From the NCBI GenBank assembly GCA_013239625.1, contig MU054323.1, positions 1,736,001 through 1,800,000 of the forward strand: 64,000 bases of DNA, read 5' to 3'. Under the pieces are notes generated by a model. It was not told the origin of the DNA and searched no databases. It was given only the letters and a program-made list of their open reading frames with translations. Source of the stretch: Lama guanicoe (taxonomy: Eukaryota). Each line of letters starts with the position of its first letter. Positions within the stretch are counted from its first letter, which is position 1. Shown here one piece after another: positions 1 through 12,339 of this stretch. The translations under genes were made by a program, and so were the position numbers.

Positions 1-180
1 AAGTTCTTCATCAGGCAGCCGAGTTGTTGCCTGAAATGGCAATGAAAATAGAGCAGATGCCTCTTGCAGGAGGCTCAACCTGCCCCATCTGCCACAGAAC
101 CCAGCGCATGGCTTCTGGAAGCCCCTCCCCAAGACAGTTCATTCGCCATTCTCTGCTTTTGTACCTGCCACTGACTCTGG
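1..180 (+). pseudogene. C-terminal end of a C-type lectin (CTL) domain and possible start of the next
   Basis: Reads NGNENRADASCRRLNLP then (frameshift) ICHR, matching the CTL end W.D..C...LP.IC. Followed by PRQFIRHSLLLY, weakly like CP..F..H...CY. Confidence 0.5.
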
Positions 181-411
181 TAGCTTCCCTTCTCCCAAGC
201 TGAAGGCATCACTCCATTAGTCACTCACTCAATCTCCATTTTCCATTCAGTTGCTGGTGTACTGTGGAATAAATACTTGCTTAAAATTGATACAACACTT
301 ATTTCCTTACTAAGAAACTATTTTCTTGAGAACCCACAGCGTTATGCCCAGCACTGTTATAAATGCTGGAAATTCAGGGATGGGGACTGTCTTGGCACTT
401 CTGGGTGCTCA

Positions 412-836
412 TAGAGCCGCTTCCTTTTCCTCCTGGGCCTATAGGTATTTTTTAGCTCACTTGCAGTCAGGTGAGACCACGTGATTAAATCCTGGCTAAT
501 GGATTTGAGCACAATTAATGGAAGCCACTTCTAGGCTTGGCTCCTAAAATATCTTGCGTGATGTTACTCTCTCTCTTCATTTTAGCATCTCCAGCTAAAA
601 GCAGAAGATCCGGGAAAGGACTCCAAGGCCCACGGAGTCAACTCCACTGCTAGATCACGAAGTCTGGGTGCCTGAATCACTGCGTGAAGGAGAGGCACCC
701 GGGATAACTGCGTAGAAACATCTGCATCTGCATCGGACTGTGCGTGATCAAGAATGAACTTTAATGTTATCAAGCTACTGAGATGTCAGAGTTTAGTTAT
801 AACTGCAGCAACTATATTATGCTCTTTGACTAATAG
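412..836. mobile_element. Solo LTR, ERVL/MaLR (MLT1/LTR16-like)
   Basis: cttgcagtcaggtgagaccacgtga...ctggctaatgga motif and terminal gactaataga typical of old MaLR-type LTRs. Confidence 0.6.
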
Positions 837-839
837 AGA

Positions 840-1850
840 TGAGTAAGATACAGATCTTGTCTTCAAGGAGTTAATATTTTGGTTGACAGAAGCATAGAAA
901 TAAATGATTATAAAGCAATATGATCAGTATAGCAAATAAGACATATAAGACACCATGGAAGTAGCACAGGGAGTAAGATGGGGTTGGTGGTGATAGACTT
1001 TCTATAGTTCTGTAACGAAGGAAACCCATCATTCTGTATTTCTTGCAAGTGTAGGCATGGTTGGGGAGGGTGGCTGCAGGCGGGGCAAAGGAGAGGAAGA
1101 GAGGTAGGAAAGATGAGTCGAGCATGGTGACACCCAGGCTGGAGAGGGAAGCAGATGTCACAAGTAATTCCAGAGGAAAATGACGAAGACCTTAATTAGA
1201 GCAGTAGTGGTATTGATGAACAAAAGGGAATGGATTTCAGGAGTATTTAGTACAAGAGCAGGGTGTGGTATGGACGGTGACAGAGAGAGCATTAAAACAA
1301 ATGACTCCTAAGATTTTGATCAAGTGTCTGAGTGGATGGTAGTGCCATCAACTGAAAAAAAGTCCACACATGGACTTTGTTGCAGGGTGGGAGTGGGGGT
1401 GTGGTTTAAAGGATTAACTTCCAGTACTGTGGAAAGCGAAGTGGCTAAGGACAAATGGGGAGAGATACTGAGCAGCCAGTTGGAGATGATTGTCTAGAGC
1501 TTGGGGGAAAAGCTCTGGGATGGAGGTTCAAATTTGGGAAACATTATCACAGGAGGTAGTGAAAGAGAGAGAGTGACTTTATGGAGTGAGAAAGACAGTG
1601 ACTGAGGACAAAACCCAGGGGGGCACTAAAAGTTAGGGAGACAAAATCTCATGAGACAAATTTAACCTTCCAGGGGAGTGAGAGATACTGGAAGCCCAGA
1701 GGGCAGAACAATTTTAGATATTCTGAACCAACAAAAGCAGCAGGGAGGACCAGTAAAATATCAGTGAAAGTATCTCCACTGGAACTGCTAAATCAGGATG
1801 ACTTTGGTGAAATCCGTGGCAGTGAAGTGGTGGCGGCAGATGTAAGGGAT
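840..1850 (-). mobile_element. L2 LINE fragments
   Basis: Purine-rich degenerate sequence with L2 motifs (ggatggtagtgccatcaactga, gaggttcaaatttgggaaacatt, ctccactggaactgctaaa). Confidence 0.6.
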
Positions 1851-1961
1851 TTCAAAACCATCGAGAGAGGCAGGCAAGCCCCTTTTCCTCTCGGGTCCTG
1901 TTTCCACCCCTGTAAGATGAGAAGACAGACCAAGTGAGCTCTGAGATGCTTTCAGTAGTAA

Positions 1962-2450
1962 GATTCTGTAATAATAGATACCATTTGGAACACCAAATGT
2001 ACGGTAGACACATCATTTTTATAAACCTGTGCAAGATACTGGCATGCCACGTCTCCTGAGGCTGAGAGAGCTGAAGTATCATGCTGAGGTTCATAGTCAA
2101 TGAATTTCTGAACCAAGAAATAAAAATTAGGTTTTGTCAGACAACAAAACCTGTGTTCTTTTCACCATCCTGCTCTGTACAATGATTTTAAGGAGAAATA
2201 AGTTACCAGGCAGAATGTGAATTGAATTTCGGTAGTAGACCATTTATAAGAGCCATCCTTACTATATTTTTCATAGGCGCTATTCTTTAATAAAAGGCAA
2301 AATGTTCCTTTTGAGGAACATAAACAAAATTCAATGCGAGGGCTTTGAACTAAGCTGACGTTAGGTATATAATGAAGACCAGCTTGATCAGCAAGTGACA
2401 GGAAATAGGGAACTTTTATATAGACAGAAAAAAAAATCAATACTAGCATA
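1962..2450 (+). pseudogene. Decayed CTL domain
   Basis: Successive frame-shifted motifs FC..IPFG-KC, RYW, AEVHSQ-NEFL, GRM*IEF (WIGL position), NEDQ..TGNRELLYRQKK. Confidence 0.55.
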
Positions 2451-2811
2451 ATAGTTTACAGAGGCAATGCATTTTTCAGTTAAAAATCTCTGAAGACAAG
2501 CTTAGTAGTCGATAGGTATGGAAACTCTTAAGGACATAATTCTTATTCAGCCCAGATAAGCATTATCTGAAGCCAATTATCTGATGTAATAAGAGAATAG
2601 CTCACACTCTCTCAAGGTGCCTTCCTTTGAGCATGTTTTAGGAACGACTGTTTTTAAAGTGAACTAGCATACCAAGGGAACTTTCTATATCTATCTGAAG
2701 AGAAAAAGGAGGAGAATATTTTGAATATATAACTCATTTAAAGAGCCAGTGGTGTTATTGGGCTTCAGAAAACTGGACAAAGAAATATGATCAAGGTTTT
2801 CAGAGCTTTCT

Positions 2812-3761
2812 TTTTCTAATTTTTAAAATTTATTTTTAATTGAAGTATAGTCAGTTTACAATGTGTCCATTTCTGGTCTACAGCATAATGTTTCAGTCAT
2901 ACATATACATACATATATTCATTTTCATATTCTTTTTCATTATAGGTTACTATAAGATGTTGAATATAGTTCCCTGTGCTCTACAGAAGAAACTAGTTGT
3001 TTATCTATTTTATATGTAGTAGTTAGTATCTGCAAATCTCGAATTCCCAATTTATCCCTTCCCACCCCTTTCCCCACCTGGTAGCCATGTGTTTTCTATG
3101 TCTGTGACTCTGTTTCTGTTCTGTAAATAAGTTCACTTGTGTCTTTTTTTTTTTATTAGATTCCACATATAAGTGATATCATATGGTATTTTTCTTTCTC
3201 TTTCTGGCTTACTTCATTTAGAATGAAAATCTCCAGGCCCATCCATGTTGCTGCAAATCACGTTATTTTATTCCTTTTTATGGCCAAATAGTATCCCATT
3301 GTATAAATATACCACAACTTCTTTATCCAGTCATCTGTCGATGGCCATTTAGGTTGTTTCCATGTGTTGGCTATTGTAAATAGTGCTGCTATGAACACTG
3401 GGTGCATGTACATTTTCGAATTAGAGTTCCCTCTGGACGTATGCCCAGGAGTGGGATTGCTGGATCATAGGGTAAGTCTATTTTTAGTCTTTTGAAGAAT
3501 CTCCATACTGTTTTCCATAATGACTGCACCAAACTGCATTCCCACCAACAGTGTAGGAGGGTTCCCCTTTCTCCACAGCCTCTCCAGCATTTGTCATTTG
3601 TGGACTTTTGGATGATGGCCATTCTGACTAGTGTGAGGTGATACCTCATTGTAGTTTTAATTTGCATTTCTCTGATAATTAGTGATATTGAGCATTTTCC
3701 TCATGTGCCTATTGGCCATTTGTATGTCTTCACTGGTGAATTGCTTGTTTAGGTCTTCGGA
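2812..3761 (-). mobile_element. 5'-truncated L1 (ORF2 C-terminus plus 3'UTR), relatively young, camelid-type
   Basis: ORF 3389-3667 [12 protein letters not shown]...[18 protein letters not shown]...[10 protein letters not shown] is the L1 ORF2 C-terminus. T-rich tail on the left; agctttct repeated at 2804-2811 and 3762-3769 (TSD). Confidence 0.95.
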
Positions 3762-4216
3762 AGCTTTCTGGTATACGTATTCAGACTTTTCTACATACTC
3801 TTTTTAGAGCAGACCCTCTTGGTCCAGGAGGCTTGCAATTTCTTCTTACACCCTCAAATAGTCCTTTCAGAAATAGTCTAATTTATAAAGTGTTTTAGAC
3901 ATTATGAAGCTCAAATAATTCATTTTAAAGTCAAAGAAATGAAACACAGATAAGGGAGGGGTCTTGTCTAAGGCGACAGTTAGGATAAAGCTGTGACTAC
4001 AGCTTTCAGTGCAGTGCAGTTTCTGCCTTGCTGGGTCTGGAATGTAAGCTCAACACAAAACAGGGAGGAATCTATCTTAGCCATTGTTCCATCCCCCATT
4101 GGACAGTGCCTGGCACACAGAGTGCTGGCTGTGCAACTCTGGGAAGGGACACAATGCTTAGCTTCATTTGCAACTTGAGGTGATGTGGGTTTCTCCATCT
4201 GGTCTAATTCCACCAG

Positions 4217-4432
4217 GCTACCTGTCCTACAGACTGCTCAGCCCCATCCCCAGCTCATACTTGTCTGAAGATGTGGGAGTAGCCAAGCCCCAAGGTGGCA
4301 GTGAAGTAGGGTGTCCAGAGGCTCTGGACTCAGGCCAGCTGGGTTGAGTCCTGCTCTGACTGGGCTTGGATTCTTGCTGGAGTTTCACTCTACCTTGATT
4401 CAGCAATTGAAGCCAATTTGTGACAACTCAAG
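4217..4432 (+). pseudogene. Decayed exon, first half of a CTL domain
   Basis: Acceptor ttccaccag, then ATCPTDCSAPSPAHTCLKMWE*...RLWTQASWVESCSDWAWILAGVSLYLDSAIEANL in one frame; donor aag/gtcta. Confidence 0.65.
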
Positions 4433-4489
4433 GTCTAAGTCCATGCCTTGATTTCTTGCTGATTATCTTTTAGACCAATCTAGGTTTTA

Positions 4490-4845
4490 GCCCAGTAATA
4501 AACAAGCCCCCAAATCTCTGTGGCTTGATACATAAAGGTTCATTTCTCACTCATGAGTCTGGCAGCTATCTGGGACAGTTTCCTTTTAAACAGTGACTTA
4601 AAGATCTCATTTCTCGCATCATGCAGCTGTACCGTGTGGGAAACACGGCTTCTAGGTCAGCTGGCAGAGGAGTGAGCTGGAGAGCTGTGCGCTATTCCTT
4701 AAATGCTTTAGCTTGAAAATAACACACATCACTTCTGCTCAATGCCAATTGGCTGAAACTAGGTACATGGTCTTCTCCAACTGCAAGGACTTTGGAAATT
4801 TGGGAGAGCACGTAGGCATTGGTAAGTAATAAAGATCTCTGTCAG
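4490..4845 (-). mobile_element. MaLR solo LTR (MLT1-like)
   Basis: caaatctctgtggcttgatacataaaggttcatttctcactca and catcacttctgctca...ttggctgaaactag motifs. Confidence 0.65.
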
Positions 4846-4937
4846 AATGGAATCAGACAAATGAGAGGTCACTAGGCTTTTATTTTCCTTTTTTTCTTCC
4901 TAAAAAAAAAAACTTGCAATATGCTGACTTTGCACAG

Positions 4938-5600
4938 TGGAATGTTCTTTGTGGCTTAACAAGGCATAAACAGCATTATTGGTGGGTCTAGGAAATATAT
5001 ACGGTGGGGCTTTAGGCTCTTGAGAACTTTGCCAGACCCAGTGACTGCTCTGACCTTAGGTCACATGAATTGTTTCACTGAGTAATAGAAGGTGGGGTTG
5101 ACGGCTGTGCTGACCCCCAGTTGACTGGTTATTCAGTTCAGACAGAGCTAAAGAAAAACAGTTGCCCTGTGGCCTTTCAACTCTGCTCCTTTCCTGTTAT
5201 TTCTTCAGCCATTTATAGTCCAGTGTCTGGATTGAGCTGAGCCAAAGTTTGGCAGGATTCGAGGCAGATAAATCATTTGCAGACCAGCAAGGGCCTCACA
5301 GCTTTACTTGGAAAGGGAAAACTGGAAGCTTGGACTGGGGTATACCAGTGTCTCCTCACTGGCCAAGAGCGCTTTCATTTTAACCCCACTGAGGCCAAGC
5401 ACAATTCTAGAATCACACATTCTATACCTTAAGTGGGTAAACGCTGCGCTAGGCATTTGGTGGGAAAAGCCTAAGGATTCCTGGCAGACAAAACAGCTAT
5501 CAAAACAGCTACGGATGTGATGTGGAATGTTGCGATCGGATTTGTATGGCATGATGCCCCGCCTTAATGTTTCCTACCAGTTTCTGGTCTTGAGTACGAT
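4938..5600 (+). pseudogene. Decayed exon(s): second half of one CTL domain plus a complete next CTL domain
   Basis: After tttgcacag: LCGLTRHKQHYWWV*...RPSDC...VDGCADPQLTGY..KKNSCPVAFQL in one frame, then SCYFFS, WIE, EAWTGVYQ, LKWVN..W.KP, VWHDAP, NVSYQFL across frameshifts. Confidence 0.72.
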
Positions 5601-5639
5601 CACCTATTGAAAGAAGGCTTTGGTTTTTACTTTTAAGTA

Positions 5640-6365
5640 AAGTTAGAGACTTGAAGTTACACCTGAGAAAAGCAGAGGGGAGAAACATTCCCTCCTTCTC
5701 CCACAATGCTTCTCAGCCTCATATCTAATCAGTTATCAAATCATCACGAATGACGATGACGATCTCTACAATCTGCTTCATCCTCTCTGCTGGATTGACT
5801 CTGTCTTAGGTTAAGTTTCCAACATGTCTTTCCTAGGATTTTTCAATAGTATCCTAGCCGGTCTTGCCAGTAAAAGTAAGCCAGTGAAAAGCTACACATC
5901 AAAACACGAATATAACCATAGCACAGACATGTAAAAGTTTTCAGTGGCTTTTGATTATCTATGGAATAAACTTCCATTCCCCTTGTCTTAGTGCATAAGC
6001 CTTTTCGCGATGTGGCTACTGGTTTTCCTCTACTGACTCTGATCCCTCTACACTCCCAGCAGGTGGGGAATAACACGTAGGTACCAGACTGTCTTGTGCC
6101 CATTTGTGCCTCTGCTCCTTCCTGTATATCCCTGCCCAAAATGCCACTCTCTTACTTCTTCATTTTGCAAGCTCTTCAGTCTTTCAGGATTTAGCACAGA
6201 CTTCATCTTCTTTAGAAAAACTTTCAAGATACCCTCAAGTGGGTTAGACACCCTGTATCTGGGTTCTGGTAGCATTTATTACACTGAATTGTAATATTTA
6301 ATGTGCTCAGAATCTCCATGTAGATTCTGAACTTCTTGGAGGCAGAAACTGTATCTTATTTAATT
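5640..6365 (+). mobile_element. L2 LINE fragments
   Basis: catatctaatcagttatcaaatc, ttttcagtggcttttgattatct, tagattctgaacttcttggaggcagaaactgtatcttatt. Confidence 0.6.
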
Positions 6366-6374
6366 TTGTCTCTA

Positions 6375-6775
6375 TTATGTGTGGCTCTGGCTTTGTTCCC
6401 TCCATTCCGTTCTGTTGATCTTTATGTCTATATTTATGTCAATATCACATGATCTTATTAAAAGTAGCCTTATAATTAGTCTTGAAACCAGGTAGTGTAA
6501 GAGCCACAATTTTGTTCCTCTTTTCAATGTAATATAATCTTTATACTAGTCTATACAATTAGAATCATCTTGTCAATTTCAACAAAGACTTCTTTGATAT
6601 TTTGATTAGGATTGTATTTAATCTATAGATCAATCTGTGAAGAATTAACATCCTAACAATACTGAGTCTTCTGACCCAGGAACATGATATATGTCTCCAC
6701 TTATTTAGGTCATTTTTCCTTCAGCAATGTTTTGTACTTAACAGTGTAGAGATCTTACACATCTTTTGTCACTTA
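6375..6775 (-). mobile_element. Old L1 (L1M-type) ORF2 fragment
   Basis: ttgattaggattgtatttaatctatagatcaatctg...catcctaacaatactgagtcttc...catgatatatgtctccacttatttagg is antisense L1 ORF2. Confidence 0.85.
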
Positions 6776-6782
6776 AAAAAAA

Positions 6783-7106
6783 AACCTCACATGTAAAAAC
6801 TCAAATTTAGGAAACATAAATTGGGAGGGGATTCTTTTCTTCCAGATGGATTCAACACACATTTTCTTACATATCTTCAAATCCTGCATTGGAAGAAACA
6901 CATCCCAGAATAGGTACTCAGAAACTTTGCTGATAACGGAATGTCTGCTGTGATTTAGAGACATTGCATTCATAAGCAACTCCCCAAAGACTACAGGGGG
7001 TAAAGACTGCCTGAGTCCCATTTTATACTCCTCAAGCGGTATTTATTTGGGTTACTTGCTGGTAAAAAACTTGCATTCCTTAAACACAGGCGTCTGTATC
7101 AGGCAG
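6783..7106 (+). pseudogene. Decayed CTL domain (N-terminal few residues missing)
   Basis: One frame with a single stop: NLTCKNSNLGNINWEGILFFQMDSTHIFLHIFKSCIGRN...*...SPKTTGGKDCLS...SGIY...NTGVCIRQ; IWVTC lies in the adjacent frame at the W....C position. Confidence 0.68.
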
Positions 7107-8032
7107 ACTCAGCACTAGGGAGAGAAAGAGTGGATCCGGTTTGGTCTTTCTTGGGCCCCTGAGATCTGATCAGCCTGATGATTCTTAAAAAAAATCCCCC
7201 ACCCTCCCACACAGAGCCAGACTGTGTGCATGTGGGATGAGGGCTGCCTCCACCAGTTAGGCATAATTTATGGGCAGCTACAGAAAGCAGAAAGTCTTCA
7301 GGCTAGACTGAAAATACAGATGGGGAAGCACCCTCCCCAGGGCTATGCCAGTACCTACCAGACTGTGGGAAGTTCACAGTCATGTTGCATCTGCTCAGAA
7401 GTGAACCTTCCTCAAGTTTAGTGCTAGTTATGCCCATCCCAGCTCTAAAGCCTCTAATGGCTCCCTGTTAACACACTGAATACTTCAAATGCCTATTTAT
7501 GACATTTAAATTCCTTTATAATCAGCCTCCAGATACCCAGCAGGCCTATGTCCTACGCATTTTTTGCATTTTTTCCCTCACCTCTAGTTGTCATGGCGTC
7601 TGTGCAATTCCCAGCAAATGGCAGCATTTTTTCTCACTTTTACTATTGCACAGCAGGACTTCATGTATTATTTTATGTATGATTTTACTTTCTGAGACAT
7701 TTCTGCAACTTCATCCCCTAATCGTTCTATTGAAATTTTCGTTTCTGCTGTTCACCCAATCCATTTAGTCCAGGCTGCTGGAATCATGTTACAAAATTAC
7801 AGCTTTGCTCATGAGCCTGAAGAAGAACTTCAGCGCCTTTCTGAAGTCAAAAGATAATGCAGAACTTGTTAGCTTGGCATAAAGTCTCTTTTAAATCCAT
7901 GCTCCTCTGCCTTAACCTACCTCATTTACTTGGTTTCTTCCTCTGAGTGTCCAGCTGCGATCGATACCCTTTAGTTCTCTTGTACTTGTTCATCCATTGC
8001 TACCATCTGTATGTCAGATTTTGATGCTGATT

Positions 8033-8053
8033 GTGTGTGTGTGTGTGTGTGTG
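8033..8053. repeat. (TG)n microsatellite
   Basis: Direct observation. Confidence 0.95.
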
Positions 8054-8204
8054 TCTATATACCTACTAGACTGGGAGTTCCCTATGGCCAGCACCTCTTT
8101 GGCTCATCCTATAGCTTCTTTAGGACCAAGTACCAATTCTTCCAACAGCAGATGCCCAATTCATATTTGCTGGGGGTGAGTAACAAAGAAATGGAGCCGA
8201 GCAA

Positions 8205-8745
8205 GAATGCCCCAGGTGGGTGTTGCACCAGGGGAAATACATAGACTTATCTAGAAGTTTACAACGTGAACCTGGCTGGTGGTGATAAGAATAAATGAGT
8301 TCTCTTTCAGTTCCATTTAACAGATATGTGTGGATCATGTCAAGGTCAGATATTAAAATATACTAGTAAGAGGGGGAGGATATAGATCAGTGGTAGAGTG
8401 CATGCTTAGCATGCACAAGTCCTGGGTTCAATCCCCAGTACCTCCATTAAAAAATAATAAAAGTAAGTAAATAAATAAACCGAATTACTTCCTCCCCCCC
8501 CCCAAATATACTATTAAATACTAATCTCAGAGGAAGAAATGCAAATTCATGCTCGAGTAACATCTGCTGGTAGGATAGGAAGTCTGGGCCAGCTTTCCAT
8601 GATTTAATGAGCTGTAAAAGAAGACACCACACTTTTCCATCTGCTGCTCCGGGCTTATGGTCACAACCATGAGACAGCCGGACTCCATCAGCAGTTAAAA
8701 TGAAGACTAGTGTGCGTCCAGTCAGCAGAGGGATGATCACTGAAG
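8205..8745 (+). pseudogene. Decayed CTL domain interrupted by a SINE
   Basis: ECPRWVLHQGKY..., MCGSCQGQILKYTSK [SINE] ISEEEMQ, HLLVG, RQPDSISS*NED*CAS. Confidence 0.62.
8372..8503 (+). mobile_element. tRNA-derived SINE of the camelid (Vic-1-like) type
   Basis: ggggaggatatagatcagtggtagagtg (A box), gggttcaatcccc (B box), AT-rich then C-rich tail; imperfect TSD aaatatacta(g/t)taa at 8356-8371 and 8504-8519. Confidence 0.9.
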
Positions 8746-8794
8746 GTCAGGAATAGAATAAAAAGGGAAGAGCATTACTTTAATCCCATTGAAG

Positions 8795-8948
8795 ATATGT
8801 TCAAATGATGGGTATCCCTGGGTGAGGCTGTCTGTGTTCACTGCTTTTATACATACCTGCTTTATGCTGTATGCCACGCAGAAGCCATGGGGCACACAGA
8901 TGGATCAGACACCAGGAGCTACAGGACACATACATGCCGTTTAGAAAG
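8795..8948 (+). pseudogene. Decayed exon, start of a CTL domain
   Basis: After cccattgaag: ICSNDGYPWVRLSVFTAFIHTCFMLYATQKPWGTQ...GHI, resembling F...CY.F....K.W; donor aag/gtcct. Confidence 0.6.
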
Positions 8949-9039
8949 GTCCTCACATTTATGTATGACTTTACAGTTTTCCTTTAAATAAGTTTGCTTC
9001 TATCATTATAAAGTTATACCATAAAAGGTGAATTAGAGG

Positions 9040-12000
9040 AAATTTAAAATTACCTGTGTTCCTGCACACAAAGATAATTGTTCAAACTAAGGCTTTCATC
9101 CCTTCATCCGTGCCTGAGTGCTTTTCAGTAGTTGAGAACAAACCATACGGTCTCTTCTTTCACCTTCTTTGTAACACAAGCATTTCCCTGTGGTAATACA
9201 TAGTTGGTTTATAGTTTTCATTCCATTAAAAAAATCAGGGTATAATATATACACAGTACAATCTACTTTTTAAAAAATACATAGTGAATTTGATGAACGT
9301 ATACATTAGTTTAACTGCCACCACAAAAAGATATAGAACAATTTCATTATTCTCCAAACTTTCCTGTGCCTCTTTGTAGTCAATCAGCCAAACCCCCAGA
9401 TCCTAGTAACCACTGATCTGTTTTCTGTTCCTATAGTTCTGTTTTTTCAAGAATGTCATATAAATAGAATTATAGGTATGCAGGCTTTTGGGTCTTAACA
9501 TTTTATATTCAGCAGAATGCATTCAAGATTCATGCATGTTTTTCTGTGTGTAACTAGTTAATTTTCATTGCTGAGTAGTATTTCATTGTATAGATGGATC
9601 ACACTTCATCAATCCCTAGTTGTTTTATTGGGCTTCTCATTTTTTAATTTTTCAGATTGGATAGTCTTTAAATATGTTTTGGATGAAATGTCTTTTTATC
9701 AGAAATGTAACTTGCAAGTTTTTTTTCTCAATCTTGGTGTGACTTGTTTTTTCATTCTATCAAAAGTGTCTTTGGAAGAACATAAATTCTTAATTTTTGT
9801 GAAGTCCAAGTCATCAATTTTTCTTTTATGCATTGTTATTTTGATGGTGTATTGTTGAAGGAAGTCATTGAGAGAACGTGACTGCTGATTGACCCAAAAT
9901 AGTACATTGCACCCACCATTCCTACACTAGGAGCTGTTTTAAGGATGCAGCCTTGAGAGAGTAATGTGTTGTTGACACCATCTGAATGGTATATGTGACT
10001 GAACCTTCTTAAGTCATCTCTATAAGCTTTTAAGATTCTGGTGGGTGGGTGCAGGAATCTACCCGTCTTGCAGCTGCCAAAGACAAGCTTAGTATCTAGG
10101 CACCCATGCTTACTAAACCCACCACCTATATCAATCTGGGGTGGTCTGCCTCTTTCCCCAGTCTCTCCTTGCCCTCTGTGTGCAAAGGCCAGTTTTAGAA
10201 CCAGCATGTACCCCATAACTCTGCATAATCCAAAGTCACAAGTATTTTCCCCTAGAAGTTTTGTAATTTTAGGCTTATGGTCCATTTAAAGTTTATTTAT
10301 TTATTTATTTTGTATATGTTGTGAGGTAGGAATAGTGGGTATCTTGGTTTTTTTTTTTTTTTTGCATGCGGATAGCCAGTTGTTCCAAGTGGCACTTGAC
10401 GAAAAGACAGTTCTTTTTTCATTGAATAGCCTTATACCTTTGTTGAAAATCAGTTGATCATATATATTGACTTCATGCTGGACCATGTATTTTGTTTCAT
10501 TTACCTATATGTCTATATTTATGCCAAATACCTCACTGTCTTGATTACTGTGGCTTTATAATAAGTCTGGAAGTCAGGTAATGTGAGAACGTCAACACCT
10601 TTAAAAACAATAATGTTTGATTATTTTGTTTCCCTTTCTTTTCTACATACAGTTTACAGTCAGAAGGTTGATGTCTATAAAAATTTCTGTTGGATTTTGA
10701 TCGGAATTGCATTGAATATATAGATCAATTCTGGGAGATTGACATCCTGAGACTGGCATTTTATTATTGACAATCTACATGTGTGGTCTATTGCTCCATT
10801 TAATTAGATGCCCTTGGTTTTGTCTATGTTTTGAAGTTTTCAGCATATGGATCTTGAACATATATTGTTAGCTTTATAACTAAAAATTTCATGATTTTGG
10901 TGCTAATAAATATGGTACTTTTTAAACCAATTTCTAATTGTTCATTGCTGGTATACAGAAATACAACTGATTTTGTATTTTGCCTTTATAACCTGTGACC
11001 TGACTAGTTGTAGCAGTTTCTTTTTGGATTTGTTGGGATTTTCTATAGAGATAATCATGTTGTTTACGATTAGAAACAGTTTTGTTCCTTCTTTTCCAAA
11101 TTTGTTTATCTTTTCTTGCCTTATTGCATGAATTAGGACCTCAAGTGTGGTGATTAATAGGATTAACGAATGCATATATCCTTGGCTTGTTCCTAGTCTT
11201 AAGGGGAAAGGATTAAGCTTTTCCGTGTTCTGTGCTGTTATTTGTAAAGTTTTTGTGGATGGCTTTATCAGATTGAAGAGCTTCTGTTCGATTCCTGCTT
11301 TCCTGAGAATTTGTATCACGAATGGATGTGGAATTTAGTCAAAGGTTTTTCTGCATCTATCGAGATGGTGATATGCTTTTTCCTCTGTAGTCGGACTGAT
11401 TTTTGAAAGCTCAGGCAGGCTGGATACCTGGTATAAGTTCTAGTTGATTATAATATATTATCATTTTTATGTATTTTTAGATTAGGTTTGCTGGAAATTT
11501 GTTGATGATCTTTATGTTCATGAGGGATATTTGTCTATAGTCTCATTTTCTTGTAATATCTTTGTCTGGTTTTGTTTATCAGGTTAGTGCTTGGCTAATA
11601 AAATGTGTTGGATATTGTTCCCTTTAATAATCCTAGAAGAGTTTGTGCATAATAGGTATTATTTCTTCCTAAATATTTAGAATTCACAAGTGAAGCCACC
11701 TGAGCCAGGAGGTTTTTTCCTTTCCTTTTTAAAAAATAAATCATTAATTCAATTTCTTTAAGAAATATAGTATTAATTAGGTTTTCTTGCTCTCTTTTTT
11801 CTTTTTGATTGAGCTTTGTTAATTTGTATCTTTCAGGGAATTTGTCCACATTAAAAAACTGTTGAAATTGTAGGCTTAGAGTTATTTGTAGCATTATTCT
11901 CTTGTTACGTTTATCACTAATGTTTATAAAGTCTGTAATAATGTTTCCTCTTTCATTTCTAAGTGAATTTTTGCCTTCTTTTTCTCTCTGTCTGGCTAGA

Positions 12001-12330
12001 AGTCCATCAATGTTATTGGGTTTCATTGTTTTTACCTATTCATCTGTTCTCAATGTCACTAATTTCTGCTTTTATTTCCTTTCTTCTGCTTGCTTGGATT
12101 TTGTTTTGCTTTATTTTCTAGTTTCTTTAGGTAAAATCTTAGATCACTGATTTGAAACCTTTGTCCTTTTCTAACACATGCTTTTAATGCCATAAATTTC
12201 CCTGAAAGCACTGCTTTTAGTAAAAATTAACTTTAAATGGACGATAAGCCTAAAATTACAATACTTCTTGGGGAAAATCTGTGTGACTTTGGATTATGTA
12301 AAGTACCCAAATTTTGATATGTTGTGTCTC
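9040..12330 (-). mobile_element. Old L1 (3'UTR and ORF2) fragments
   Basis: ORFs 10942-11319 (KLNPFPLRLGTSQG...LEVLIHAIRQEK) and 11595-12026 (RNERGNIITD...DKFPERYKLTKLNQ) are degenerate L1 ORF2. Confidence 0.9.
9853..10206. mobile_element. Solo LTR nested in L1
   Basis: TG...CA termini with 5-bp flanks tgtat/tgtac; L1 sequence resumes on both sides. Confidence 0.65.
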
Positions 12331-12339
12331 TATTTTCAC

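Noticed and set aside
2027..2284. Two apparent minus-strand exons (…KWSTTEIQFTFCL / KFIDYEPQHDTSALSASGDVACQYLAQ)
   Set aside because: No recognisable protein and no further partner exons; the same bases are better explained as a + strand CTL remnant
8372..8445. tRNA gene
   Set aside because: It is the tRNA-like head of a SINE with tail and TSD
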